DNA from: the human T2T-CHM13v2.0 reference genome, Homo sapiens
Reading direction: 5' to 3' (one strand)
DNA length: 64,000 bases
Assembly: GCF_009914755.1 (NCBI RefSeq)
Contig: NC_060930.1
Made by a program: the position numbers and the translations under genes. Below the pieces are notes generated by a model. It had not been told where the DNA came from, searched no databases, and saw only the letters and a list, made by a program, of their open reading frames with translations. Positions 38,772-57,062 of the stretch are shown piece by piece. The first letter of the stretch is position 1, and every line of letters begins with the position of its first letter.

Positions 38772-40539
38772 GTAAGCTGTTGCTTCATTTGTACAGTAAG
38801 AGTTTATGGAGGCCAGCTTTTCCATTCTTACTGACATTGCCACACCTTACAAACTATATGTCTTGTGCTTCCCTAAATCCTGTGAGGAAGCAACGAGAAA
38901 GATTACTAATCCAATGCGTACCGAACTGAGCTGTTCAACTTTCCGTTCTAAACATACTCTCCTAGATTTCTATCTTGCTGTAAGCCACCACAATCCTCCC
39001 AGTGTTTTAGTAAGAACAGTAGAGTATCCTAAATGCATCTTATGCCAAAGCATATCCATTCTCTCTTTTTAACTTCCTCAGATGGGCCCTTTACCAGTTC
39101 TCTGACTCCAGTTTGACTCTTAAATTCTCCACACTGCTATCAGAATGACCTGACTAAAAATGTAAATCGGATAATGGCACTCTCCTGCTGAAAATTTTTG
39201 AAAGGCAATCTGTAAGAGAAAATGATTACTTTGCCTAGGATACAAGATTCTCCATCTCCCTGACTAGTTTCATCTCTCGTTAGCTTCTTGTTCCAATTTT
39301 ATGCAATATTGAATCATGTGTACCATGCAGTTTTATGCAACATTGAATTATGTGTACCATGAAAAACAATCCATAGCCTTTCACGCCCCGTCCTTACTCA
39401 TATTGTCCTCTCTTCCTGAAAATTCCTCCTTTTACACTCCTGCATCACAGCCAAATGTTGTCCATCCTTTGAATCTTAAGCAGGTTGACTGACTCCTTCA
39501 AACACTCCTACTCCCTATTAGACTTCGGATACTCATTCTATATATTAGACTTTGGATGCTCATTCTATAGTTTCATAGTTTACTTTGTATTTTCTCTATC
39601 CCCAGCATCTACCACAGTGTCTATGAAATAGTTGGCATTTCATGAACATTTGTTGAATGAATAATGGATAACATATATTGAGCTCCTTCTAGGAGGTATG
39701 CATTGTAGGTGTTTTATGTACTTTTCATCTGTCCTCACAACTGCATTTAAGTACCTGCTTTTCCAAAGGGAAGTTATAACTCTGACTGCTCATTCTTAGT
39801 AGGGTGTTAGTTTCAGAATACAATCCCCAGACTAGCGGATGTGTAACCCTGTTATCATCTCTTGCTTCTCCATTTACAGTAGCATGCAGAGGTGCAGTGG
39901 GGTGGGGGAGGTCAGGGAATATTTCATAGCAGAAGTGACATTTAAGTAAAGACCAAAATAATGTGTAGAGTTGTCCAGGTTAGGAAGGGTTTCCAGGTAG
40001 AAGAAGGTGGCGTATAGTGTTCACTACAAGAAAGTTTGGTATAATACAAGAACTGGAAGAAAAAAAAAAAAGTTCAAGTTGGCTAACTAAAAGGTAGAGA
40101 ATGAGACTAGGGGCTTTTGGAGGAGACAAAACAAGAGAGTTAAACAAGCTATGAAGAGACCCAGACAGTATTGGTCAGTGGAATACCACTATAGAATTTT
40201 ATGGAGTGAAATTTTCAAATTTTAATATCATAAAGATAACTCTGGCTGCAGGGTGGAGAACAGACAGGAAGGAAGCAAATCTAGATCTGGGAATACCATT
40301 TAAGATGCCGTTGCTGTAAGCCATGTAAGAGACAAAGGTGGCATGGTCAAGGCTAAGAAAAATCAGAATGGAGAGAAATGGACCAATTTGAGAAATTTTT
40401 AGGAGGTAAAAATGTCAGGACTTAGTGATTGATTGGATGGAAGAGTGAATGATAAGAAATAATAAAAAACGATGACCAGCTGTTTTGCCTTCCCCTTGGC
40501 AAGTAAAGAGGTGGCAAGCATGAAAGGGGAGTGAGGAAA

Positions 40540-42055
40540 TAAATATGTTGGGTCTAATGGGAGCCAGGTTTCTCACTGACAGAGAAGGACGTTACAAATT
40601 GAGAGAGGAAGAATTCCACAGTGACCTTTGTGGTGATGTTGAATTGGAATTGAATATGTCAGTGTCAACTCATAGTTTTCAATATATACATAAACATATG
40701 TAAAAATAAATATAGAGGAAAGTATGTCTGTATGTGTGTGCGTATCTATCTATTATGCTCTTCCTAGCTCTATCTGCTGAAAGGGTTTCAGAGTAATGGT
40801 ATACTAGAAGCAATGAGCACATGTGCCTAGATCTTGGTTTCTGAACAGTATTATTCACTAAAAGTAACTGGGTCCCTTGGAGAAATGGTTGATTTTAGAA
40901 CAGGAGCCTGGAAAATTCTTGTTGCACCAGAAGTTAAGGAAGTTAATACAGAATGAAGAAACATATCAAAAGGTCACAGAAGCCAGCTTGAAGGAGCCAC
41001 CACTGGCCACATCTGGGTCAATCTGAGCACCAATATAATGTTAATGGATTATAGTCCGCTAAATAAAATAGGAATATTTGAGCCCATACTAAAATGAATA
41101 AATGATTTTTTTGAAAAATCAGGATAAAGAAAAGCTCTGCCTTACATAAAAATGCCAACTAAATGTAATGAATGTAGACAGTGTTATATGTAGAAACATC
41201 ATTATTTGGCAGTCATGATAGTAACAGTTGATTCAGACTAGAATCATCAGTGTATGCTAAAACTAGAGGGTGAGAGTATTAAGAGACATATAATATTTAT
41301 ATAGTCTCAAAGTATCTCTCCAGCAAATACTTATTAATTACACAGAGAAAAATTAGAAAACTTGACAGTGTAGAAATCTGGCACTGGTGAGCGAAGTTAC
41401 CATCAGCAGTCATGAGACAAATCAGCATCGTGTATGTCCTGGTTAGAGGCACTTAGAATACACTTCTGTGACATTCCTGCCAAAAATGTGTAATCCGAAT
41501 CAATCGTGAGGAAAAAATCAGACAACCCAAATGTCCCAAATTGAGGGACATTCTACAAAATAATAGACCTGTACTCTTCAAAGATCAAGGTCATGAAAGA
41601 CAAAGGAACAACTAAAGAACGTTTTTAGATTGAAGGAGAATTAAGATACATGACAATTAAGTGGAATACATGATTCTGAATTGAATCCTTTTGCTATAAG
41701 GATATTATTGGGACAACTAACAATTTGAATGGGGTCTCTGGATTAGATGGTAGTATTTTAACAATATTAATTTCCTGATTTTGATGACTATAGTGACATA
41801 GATATTTTTGGTTTTAGAAAATACATATTGAAGTATTAAAGGTGATGAGGCTTCATATCTGCAACCTATTCAAATGGTTCAGGAAAAAAGTATACATAAA
41901 TACTGTAAATAAATATAAACATAAATAATATACATAAAGAAAATGATAAAGCAAATGTTAACAGGGAATTTGGGCGAAAGCAGAAGTTCTTTATACTATT
42001 CTTGCAATTTTTCTGTAAGTTTATAATTATTTTAAAACTATAAAAGAAGTTTGAA
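40540..42055 (+). mobile_element. L1MC-type 3'UTR inserted in an L2 remnant
   Basis: cccaaattgagggacattctacaaaata and tactattcttgcaatttttctgtaagttt motifs. Confidence 0.7.
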
Positions 42056-42378
42056 AGGTGCCGAGGTTTCTGGCTCAGGTAACTGGGTGGAGAATGGCTA
42101 ATCAGTTAACGACAAAAAATCAGGAAGAGCAAGCATGGAGGAAAAGATGTTTAGTTGCAATGGGATGTATGGAGTGGGATGTTCAGCAGGCAGTTGAGTA
42201 TATACTAAACATATTAATGAGCCCCATTCAAACTGAATAAAGCAGATATGTTGCTTTAGCTCTCATTAGTCGAGAGTGCAAGACCAAGGGCACTCCGCTA
42301 TCCTAGGAGAGGCAAACAATTAAGAGTGGTAGTATGGTAATAATTCTAAAAATTGGCTGAGTATCCATGAAAAAAATT

Positions 42379-42571
42379 GTGTGTATATATATATATATAC
42401 ACACACATATATGTATAAACATATATACACACATATATGTATAAATATATATACACATATATGTATATATATACACACATATATGTATATATACACACAT
42501 ATATGTATAAATATATATACACATATATGTGTATGTGTGTGTGTGTGTGTATATATATATGTATGTATATA
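42379..42571. repeat. Compound (TA)/(CA)/(TG) microsatellite
   Basis: Alternating purine-pyrimidine tract. Confidence 0.95.
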
Positions 42572-42769
42572 AATTGAACCGTTTAGGAATAAAATAGATT
42601 TAGGGTATTCGACACATTTAATACATAATGAATAGTGAATTTCTTGAATAATATAATGCCTAAATGTGACTGATATGCAAAATATTTAAATCCCTTACAG
42701 GATGTGCATTTACCAATCAGAACAGATGTTGGCTTTACTGCTTGTATTAGTTTTCTGTATTAGTTTGCT

Positions 42770-43137
42770 TGTATTAGTTTGCTGGGGCAGCCATAACAAA
42801 GTACCACAGAAATTTATATTCTCACAATTCTGGGGGCTAGAAGACTGAGATAAAGATGTCTGCAGGGTTGGTTTCTTCTAAGGACTCTCTTGTTGGCTTG
42901 TAGATGGTTGTTGTCTCCCTGTGTCTTCACCTGCACTTCCCTCTGTACCTGCCCGTATCTTAATCTCTTCTTATAAGGACAGAGTCATATTGGATTAGGG
43001 CTCACCCTAATGACCTCCTTTTAACTTAATTACCTCTTTAGAGACTCTGTCTTCAAATACAGGCACATTCTGAGGTACTTTAAGGTTAGAACTTCAACAT
43101 ATGCATTTGGAACTGGGGCATAACTGAGTCCATGACA
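42770..43137 (-). mobile_element. MLT1A-type LTR
   Basis: tgtattagtttgct...ccataacaaagtaccacaga...ttaattacctcttta. Confidence 0.8.
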
Positions 43138-43761
43138 CTATTGGAGAGGGTTCTGGAGCCATAACAGATGGAATGAATGGGCCTTGTTTGGATTCTAATT
43201 TAAATAAACCAACTATAGAAAAACATGTTTTAGGCAATCAGATTTTTTGTTATGGGCTAAATATTTAGAAGATGTTAAGAAATGTTTATTAATTTCATTA
43301 GGTAAAATAATGTTGGTGTGGTTATGTAGAGTATGACTTACGTGCACAGAACAGAATGATAAGGTGTCCAGGATTTGCTTTAAAATATTCTAGATTTTTT
43401 TAAAAGGTGAGAGGAAATGACACATGTATATCTAAATTTTGATGGTTGTTGAAGCTGGCTGGTAGGTACCTAGTATTTCATTATACTTTTTCCTTTGTGT
43501 GTTTGGAAATTTTTATAATAAGCAGGAAAAATAAAAGTAAGAATATATGTATTATAGATAATTTGAAATATGTAGAATCATGAAAAAAAGGAAAAAATAC
43601 TCAATACCACTACCCAAGAGAATCTAAATTAACTTTTTTGACAAATTTCGTTTCAGTCTGTTTTCCATGCGTATTTTAATTTTGGTCATGTTGTGTGTAA
43701 AATGTTTATTTCTGCTTACTTGAATGAACATTATGTTGCAATTTCATTTCCATGCTATTAC

Positions 43762-44521
43762 AATAGTGCCCCCTTAACCATGGTTTTGCTTTCTGAGGTT
43801 TCACTCAACAAGCTTGGTTTGAAAATTTTTAGAGAGAAAATAAGAGATTACATTTACATAATAACTATTAATACAGTATATTGTTATAAAAACTTTATAT
43901 TGTTATTAGTTATTGCTGTTAATCTCTTACTGGGCCTAATTTATAAATTAAACTTTATGAGAGGTGTGAAAGTTGATTATAGAAATTGGGTCATTCTTGT
44001 TGTACCCAACTAAATCAGAGTGAAGGGCCCAGGGGAAAAAGCATTTGGGGCATATAGCATCTGCTCCAAGAATTAAATTTTCCACAAGCCCAGCTACTGA
44101 AACTGCCTGTTGTAATCTGAAATCAGTTTTATCTGATAGCTAATGAAATAACCTGCTGTGACACTAAGATTAGTTTTACCCACTGCCATCACTCGCCAAT
44201 CAGAGCTCGCCAGCTCCCCAAATGTTACCCATTGTTTCTTTGCAAAACAATGGGTAACATTTTTCCTTTTTATAAAACCTCCAACCTGATCTTTGTTTTT
44301 CAGACATACTGAAGACCACCCATTCTGTGTGTTTGCCTGGAAATGCAATTCTCATTTCCCAAATAAAATGTTTGAAATGTGGAAATTTGACTCTATGTTT
44401 TATTTGACTTTGAGAAAGGCATGCAAGTATAGTAAATACAGGCTTTGCTACTACCTGTAGTTTCAGACATCCACTGGGGATCTTGGAACATATCCCATGC
44501 AGATAAGAAGGAGATGCTGTA
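43762..44521. mobile_element. MER44/Tigger7 MITE split by an LTR47-like solo LTR (43965-44415)
   Basis: MITE halves on both sides; LTR begins tgtgaaagttg and has CCAAT, TATAAAA and AATAAA; TSD gagg/aagg. Confidence 0.7.
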
Positions 44522-45435
44522 TATATCACCACTTAATCATCACTGGAAATTCTAACTTTGTTAGTAATGTTCTTATGTGCACGTGGAAAAATTTCAAACA
44601 ATCGTTCAGATATTTATAATGTGGTAACCGAAAGTCAGCCGTGTTTTTAATCACTGATCAGTCTTCTATACATTCTTTCATACTTCCATTCATACATATA
44701 CTAAATATACTAAATTATAAAGATAACTTCTTACCATAGATTTTGTCCTGTCATCTTGTTTTTGTCCTTTATCAAGTATTATTATTTCTAAAAGGCTTTT
44801 TATGTCAGTAACATATATCTACCCCATTCATTTTAATGGCTTTATGCTATATCACTTCTAATCCAAAGTGTTTTTAAGCAATTATAGTGAAAGTGTCAAA
44901 AGGTGATATGGTGGCTTTTAAAAAATAAGATACTTTTCTTATAAGTCTCTCATATTATTATTTATTCCTCAGCATTTTATAGATTTTTGGTGCTATTTTG
45001 AATGCATCCAATTCTTATTACATTTTCTAACCGGTGATTGCACATTTTCCTGCTTTTCCTCTTTCTAGGGCTCCTTTACTAGTTCATGCCTATCACCTTG
45101 ACCTCTTGATATTGGAATGTCCCAGAGGTATGTTCCTGGACTTCTCTATCTACACGTACTCACTCAGTGATTTCTTACAGTTCTATAGTCCCACTGTCAT
45201 GTAGACTACTCCCAAATATATCCCTTCTGCCCATTATTCTTCCTTGAACTTCAGACTCATAAATCTAACTGTATATTACATGTCTCCACTTAGATGTCCG
45301 ACATATTCTCAAACTTAACTTTTCTAACACTGAATTCCTCATCTGCCTCCTCAAATCCCCACTTTCTCCATCTCAAGCAATGACAACTCCATTCTTCCAG
45401 TTACTCAAGCCAAACACCAAATACATTGGAGTAAC

Positions 45436-45828
45436 TGTTAAATCAAGCTTAGCCTAAAACTACCTCCTTACATATTTTAAATTCAGCCTAAATGTTTCTT
45501 TGTACATCTTAAACTATAACAAGTAGAAGTGTAACCAGATGTAGCCTACACTTGGGCCAATCACCAAGTTTTGGCCAATCAAATGTCGTCAACTATTCAA
45601 ACCATGTTTAAATAAGGCAAACACAAAGCTGTAACCAATCCAGCTGGTTCTGTACCTCACTTCCATTTTCTGTGCCTCACTCCTTTTTCTGTCCATAAAT
45701 CTTCCAGCACATGGCTGCGCTGGAGTCTCCGAGCCTACTCTGTCTGGGAAGGCTGTCTGATTTGCAAATCATTCACTGCTCAATTAAATTCCTTTAAATT
45801 TAATTCAGTTAAAGTTTTTCTTTTATCA
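45436..45828 (+). mobile_element. MER57-type ERV1 solo LTR
   Basis: TG...CA termini, 4-bp TSD taac, three CCAAT boxes. Confidence 0.8.
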
Positions 45829-47387
45829 TAACCTTTGACCTTTCTCCTTTTCTTATACCCCATATCCAACCTATCAGATTACTATAGGTTCGAACCCAAA
45901 TCCTATGAAACAGAGGATATGGTTATAATTTTGAGGGAAGATTTTTTTTTTCTCTACCTGAACTTTAGCCCCTACAAACAAACTTCCTTGTTTATCTTTG
46001 CTGCTGTAATCTTTTAAGGGTTCCACTTTTATGCAAACATCTTAGTTCTCACACTGAGCAAGGCCTTGAATCCTATGCTTTGGGAGGCCATTGCATTCTA
46101 AGACTACATTCCTGGCATCAGCAAGTGCCCCTCTAGTAAAAATGCCCTCAGCCCCTACTTTCCACTCTTGTTTTAGTTCTTTCTTCTCTTTGGCCCCCGA
46201 GGAATTCAATGATGCAATTTAGTCAGCATTTCTAGCTGGTTTTCAGGTTTTTTTTTTTTTTTTCAGAGTATCTTTGTGACATATTGGGAAAAGAGGAATT
46301 CCTTCTCTCTCAACTGTTAATACATGTTGAAAGGAATTTTATGAGTAATAGTAATGGCTTTGTAATAGTGATTGTTACTCAAATTTAGCAGATGACTTAC
46401 TGAAGTAATTAAACCTTCCTTATACCCTTTCTGTGGGTGGCATGCCACGAAAACTCGATCAACCTGTATACATGGGTTAGGTAGAACCCACTGAGCTTTC
46501 CATTATGTATAAAGCTGTCTGTAGATTTACTGGCTGTGTATAAATACCATTTTATTAGGAAAATGTTTTGGTTTAGGTCTCAGAAGGTCCCATGAAAAAC
46601 AGTAACTTCTGCAGAGACTAAGGGGAAGAGTTAAAAAATAGTAATAATTTAAAAATCCATTTCAGCATATGATTAATTCAATTGTCTAAAGCAATGAGCA
46701 CTAGATGGCAGCATATCAATGTGTATCGTTACCTGTGCCTGAAAGACCTCATTTTAAGGGTGTGTAAGGTCTTATTGCTGTTTTACCATGCACCAGTTTG
46801 CTATCCTGAACTATTTACTTTACTGTTTAATCTGTTGGTTTGAACTTATAATAGTTGATGAGATGCATTTGACACCAGGTTTGAAAATAGAGTTTCTAGA
46901 TTAATAAATATACAGGATGGTGCCGGTACCACCAGTCTGTCTAGCAAAATATGCAAGAATTCAGAGCCCTTTCCTGTCATTAAAGGCCACCCTCCAGAGA
47001 GCTTATCTTTCATCTATGATAAGAGGTCTTCTGGTTGGACAAAAAGCACATTTTGGACACTCATTCCTGTCTTGAGTTTCAAACCTTTTGTGGCCGCTAA
47101 TGTTTAACTTTTCATCTTACTATTCAAATGGCATCTCTTTACTAGATTGGAAACCACTTTCGTATCTCTTACCAAGTGTGAAAATAGGGGCCTCCCAAAC
47201 TCTGTTGTGGGTAGTTACCAGGTCTTCTTCTCTAAAGGACTCAGGTCAGATATCTCTGTCACAGATGAGAAAGGAATTTCCTTCTTATCACATTTGATTG
47301 TATAATTAGTATTTAAAATGTAAAAAAGAAAAAATGACATAACTTTAATGTATAATTTAACTGGATGGCTCCATTTTTCTCTTGTTA

Positions 47388-47840
<453 letters not shown>

Positions 47841-48059
47841 CTATTCCTTGCCACAGTACTGTTCCTGAGACCAAATTGGCTTAAATAGCTTCTGTTTTTG
47901 TTTCTTCTGATGATTACCCATCTCTTACTACTATTTCTTGATTCATCAGTTTTAAATATTGTCTTAATCTATTGTGGAGAGAGATGGGCAGTGATTTAAC
48001 TCATTAGCATTGCCTTCTACTGTCCCTATCCATCTCTTCCCAATAAAGTCATAGAAAGA

Positions 48060-48270
48060 GGCACAGCAGTATAATAGATAAGAGCACAGACTCAAGTCCT
48101 ACTTGCACCACTTGCTGGCTGTATAATCTTAGGCAAGTTACTCAAGCTCTCTGAGCCTCTTTTTTTTCTCATGTGTAATATGGGGATAATAATAGTCAAT
48201 TCCTTGGAGGATTATTGTGAGGATAAATGTGTCAATAAATTTAAAGCACTAAACAAGTGTTACTATTACT
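48060..48270 (+). mobile_element. MIR
   Basis: ttaggcaagttactcaagctctctgagcctc...tggggataataatag. Confidence 0.75.
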
Positions 48271-48919
48271 ATTACTACATTTAATTTCTCTTTGCATGTT
48301 TAAATAACATACTTGCCCCTTTGTTTTTGAGCCCTGTATGTATTATCTCTTGATACCTCCCATCGTAAGAAGATATTGACAACTTTATTCTTCCCTTCAC
48401 TCCCGCCCTCTTCTGCATCTTAATCTCACCTTTTATTCCATCTCTAACTGCTTTTCTATTCTCTGGGAGATTTTTTTAAACTTAATCTTCTAACCATATA
48501 TTGAAAAATTTACTTTAGCAATAACATTTATAATTTCTGAGAGTTTTATTTCTAATGTTTAATTTTATAGAATTTAAAGATTCAGTATTTTCTTGACTAT
48601 TGTGTTAGAGTTCAGTCAAAGAGCAAAAATGACCACACCCATAATTTGGATAGGGAAGATAACTGTGAACTAAGTAAAGGATGTATTAACTACTAAGAGA
48701 GAACTGTAAAATATACCGAGGTAGTAGCTGCAAAAAGTACCTGCTACTCCTAGGATTGAGGAAAAATTGAATAAGGAAGGAAACTGGAATCTCCAGAGGC
48801 AGAGATTCAGGCCTGAGTGGGCATGGTTGCCGCAGGAATGCCCCTCTGCTGCTGTGAGAAACACCGGAGGGACCCTTGCATGCCTGACAAGAGGAAAAGA
48901 ACACCAGAACAAAAATCGC

Positions 48920-49664
48920 CTCTTGATCATGGCTTATGATCCTTTGGATGTGCTGTGGAATTTGGTTTGCTTGTCCTTGGTTGAGGATTTTTGCATCTAT
49001 GTTCAACAGGGATTTGGGCCTTGTCATTTCTTTTCTTGTAATGTCCTTGTTTGGCTTTGATATCATGCTAATGCTAGCCTTGTGAATGAGTTTGCAAGTG
49101 TTCCCTCAGCTTCAATTTTTTGGAAGAGTTTGACAAGAGTTGCTGTTACAGTAATTACCAGTGAAGTGAAAGAGCTTTGCGCTTTTTGTTGTTGTTGTTA
49201 GGAGGCTCTTGATTACCGATTCAATTCCCATACTCATTATTGGTCTGTCAGATTTTCTGTTTCTTCATAATTCAGTCTAGGTAGGTTGTATGTTTCTAGG
49301 AATTTATCTCTGTCTTCCAGTTTATCCAATTTGTTGGCATTTAATTGTTCATAGTAGTCTCTTAGAATCCTTTGTATTTCTGTGGTGTTAAGTTTTAATA
49401 TCTCTTCTTTCATTTACAATTTTATGTATCTGAGTCTTCTCACTTTTTCCCTCAGTTTAAGTCTTGTCAATTTTGTTTATCTTTTCAAAAGATAAGCAAC
49501 TCTGAGTTTTGTTAATAATTTCTATTTCTTTTCTAGTGTCTATTTTACTTGTTTCTGCTCTAATCTTTATTGTTTCCTAATTTCTAGTAATTTTGGGCTT
49601 AGTTTGTTCTTTTTCTAGTTTCTTGAGGTGTAAAGTCAGATTGCTTATTTGAGATCTTTCTTTT
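48920..49664 (-). mobile_element. Older L1M ORF2 fragment (resumes at 53518-53675), host of the L1PA insertion
   Basis: ORF 48686..49066 contains SLLNIDAKILN. Confidence 0.8.
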
Positions 49665-53517
<3,853 letters not shown>

Positions 53518-53676
53518 AAAGCAGGCTTTATCTCTATAAACTTCTCTCCTAAAACTAATTTTGCAGCATCTCATAAGTTTTGGTATGCTGTGTTTTCATT
53601 TTCATTTGTCTCAAGTTTTTAAAATTTCTTTTTTGATGTCTTCTTTGACCTATTGGTTGTTCAAGGGTTTGTTGTT

Positions 53677-54275
53677 AACCTAAATGTCTACTGACAGATG
53701 AATGGATAAAGAAAATGTGGTCTATACATACGATGGAATATTACTCAGCCTTAAAAAAGAAGGAAATCCTGCCATTTGTGACAACATGGATAGACCTAGA
53801 GGGCATTATGCTGTGAAATAAGCCAGACACAGAAAGACAAATATGATCTCATTTATGTATGGAATTTAAAATAGTCAAACTCATAAAAGCAAAGATTAGA
53901 ACAGTGGTTTCCAGGGACTAGGGGAAGGGGGAAGTGGGGAGGTGATGATTAAAGAACATAAAGTTTCAGTTATGCAAAATAAATAAGTTCTGAAGATCTA
54001 CTGTGCAGCGTAGTGCCTATAGCTAAAAACACTGTATTATATACTACAAATTTGCTAAGGGGGTAGATCTTATGTTAAGTGTCCTTAGAACAAAAAAAAA
54101 AGGAGTGGAGGGCAGAAGAAATTTTCCAAGGTGATGAATATATTTATGGCTTTGATGGTGGTGATGGTTTCACAAGTATATATTTATTCTCAGACTCACT
54201 GAGTTTTATACATTATATATGTATAGCTTTTTATATATCAATCATACCTCAATAAAGTAGTTTGAAATAAAATTA
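53677..54275 (+). mobile_element. L1MA/MB 3'UTR
   Basis: gatgaatggataaagaaaatgtgg...atacctcaataaag. Confidence 0.8.
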
Positions 54276-54939
54276 AAAACACCCCCTCCAATTCTGACCT
54301 CAGTGTCCAACCTTGCAGTTTCTTCTCCCAGTGACCTCTATTAACAGAGCCTACATGGAACCAGCCGGCAAAGACAAGTTCCACTGTCACAACTAGAGAA
54401 AAGAGGATGGGTTTGGAATTGAAAGGTAATAGATTATTAACTGGCATAACTATCTGTGAAAATATTCAATAAATAGACTGTTTCCTTCAAATCCTTGAAT
54501 CATTTCAACTTTCTCAGTGGACTTTTTAATCTTGGTTTATCTTTACTGGCCTCCCTTTAATTCTGGAGCCTTTAAAAAGTGTCCAGGGTTCCTTAGTTAC
54601 TTGTTAAAAATAAGGGAATGAAAAGTTGATTGGTTGTGGGCTGGGCTTGTCCATTGATCAACTTTCCTTTAGGGTGTTTGGATGGGAAACAAACATACTG
54701 ACTGCCCGGCTTTTGTCCATAACATGCAGTTTGTATAGAGAAGAATCTTCTGCCTTTTTGCTAGAGTGGTAAATCCCTGGGTTCCCACTTCTTGGGGTAA
54801 GGGAGTTGGGGGGCAATTTTAACCAACACTAATTTTCAATTAATACCTTCATTTTCTACTATATGCTTCCAATTGGTGTTTTCTGAGCTTCTCTGTATTT
54901 CTGCAAGGCCAATTTACTCAGCTTCCATAGAAACCATTT

Positions 54940-55437
54940 GCATTAATTTCTTGTGGCTACCTGTAACACATTGCCACAAACTTAGCAGCCTTTGGAACAA
55001 TAGAAATGTATTCTTTCACAGGTCTGGAGGCCAGAAGTCAAAAAAATCAAGGTGTCAGCAGCCTAGAGTTTTTGACTTCTGGCCTCCACACCTGTGCAGC
55101 CCTCCCTTCAGAGGCTCGGCAGGGAATATGTTCCTTGCCTTGACCAGCTTTTGGCAGCCGTTGACATTCCTCAGCTGGCAGCTGTGTCACTCCAAATCTC
55201 CGCCTTTGTCTTCACAGGCCCTTCTCCTTGTCTATGTAATCTGCTCCCTGCCTCACTGTTAATAAGGACAGTTATTGTTGAATTTAGGGCTGCCCAGAAA
55301 ATCCAGAGTGATCTTCTCACCTCAAGACCCTTGACTTAATGATATCTGCAAGACTCTTTCCAAGTAAGGTAACATTCACAGGCTGAGGAATGAAGACATG
55401 GACATATCTCTTTGATTACCACCATTCAACTCACTAC
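54940..55437 (-). mobile_element. MLT1B/C-type LTR
   Basis: tgtaacacattgccacaaacttag...atctgcaagactctttccaagtaaggtaacattcacagg. Confidence 0.75.
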
Positions 55438-55542
55438 ACCACTCTTCTAACTGCTTAATCTCTTTAGGAAATTTGATGACCTTTCTTGTTTGCTAATGGC
55501 CTGCTTTCTGTCCTTTTTATTCTTTATTGATTTTGTGTATTT

Positions 55543-55750
55543 CTCTCTCTTGCTCTTTCTCTCTCTCTTTCTCCATATATATGGAGAAACACACACACAC
55601 ATACACATATAAAGTATATATAACAACAAATATATATACATACACACATATATATAAAATATACATAACAACAAATATAAAATATGTGTGTATATATGTA
55701 AATATATATAATAATTGTGTATGTGAATGTGTGTGTGTGTGTGTATGTAT
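55543..55750. repeat. (CT)/(CA)/(TA)/(TG) low-complexity tract
   Basis: Direct inspection. Confidence 0.9.
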
Positions 55751-57062
55751 CCTTTATAACCACTTACTGGGTTATTAGGAATAAAATAATATAAATGTGT
55801 GTGGTTAGTCCACAATCTTGACTTTCACATATATAGTTTATTTCAAAAGAATTTTTACTAGGTAATCTCTGAATAAAATCAAATTAAGCTAAAGTCTGGG
55901 AAAGTACAGAACAAATAAGTTAGGTTATGTAAAAGAGCTTAATTTAATTAGCAGTTTATGTATCTCTCCTCTCTCTTGCTCTCTCTCTCTCTCTCTAGCT
56001 CTCGCCTCTTAATATTTTTCAACCTGTTCTGTCATGATTCCACAAATATTCAAGTCCTTCATGTTTCCAGGGTAACAGTAAGCATTCGGCAGTTTATCTG
56101 ACACCTTCCATTTAAGATAGGAAAAAAATAATAGAAAGAAAATGTCATTAATGTATGCAAGGCTGACCATTATGACATTTGGCTGTCTGTTATCTTTACA
56201 AATACGTTCTCTTCTTTCCCATGTTTCTGGTTGCAACTTTCTGACCAGTGATAGGAATAGGTGGCATATATGCTACCCACTTCTCCAACTTGCTCTTGTC
56301 CGTGATTACTAATTGGTTATATAATTCATTTTCGGTAAGCCTGGATATAGGTTCAAAATTATTTTCTATACAATATTAAGGAGGCATAACAATTTATTGG
56401 AGCTGGCATGTAAATTGAAAATTGCTTGCTGTTTATGCTCCAAACTTTCTACCTCACAGATCTCATGACTCGAATATATTTTACCACTACAGTTTTCTCC
56501 CATAGTTATAATTTTGTCATTGCTTCTGCTCTAACCAAGCAGTTAGAGAAGGCAGTACAATATAGTCAAAAGAGCACTAGATTGGGTGCAAAAAAGCTTG
56601 AGTTTTTGTTCTATATTAATTACTTGTGTTATAGTGGATAAATTATTTATCCTTCTAGATCTCAGTTTTCTTGCTAAGGCAATAAGGCAATTGGACTATG
56701 GTAATTCCTAAGATACTTAACAACTCTAAAAACTTTTAATATCCAGCAGCCAACTAGATATTTCCACTTAAACGTTACATCATTACCCAAAATTCAACCC
56801 ATCAAAAAATCTTAATTCAATGCCCTAAAAACATCTTTGCCCCTTAGGTTTGGTATTTCTCGTACTTTGCACTCTAAATTCAAAATCTTTTAGTCATGTT
56901 TACTTCTCATCTTTTATTTACCTTCTATAGTTTATCTATTACCAAGTACTATAAATTCTTCCTTAAAAAGGCCTTTGGCTCTATCCATTACTTTATATAT
57001 CAGCTCTCACTACTCTGACTCAAGAATTTATGTTCCCAATAAACTTGACCTTTCACTTCCCT

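Noticed and set aside
42303-42572. Y/I/C/T-rich ORFs (also 55447-55815)
   Set aside because: Artefacts of dinucleotide repeats; their self-complementarity is trivial.
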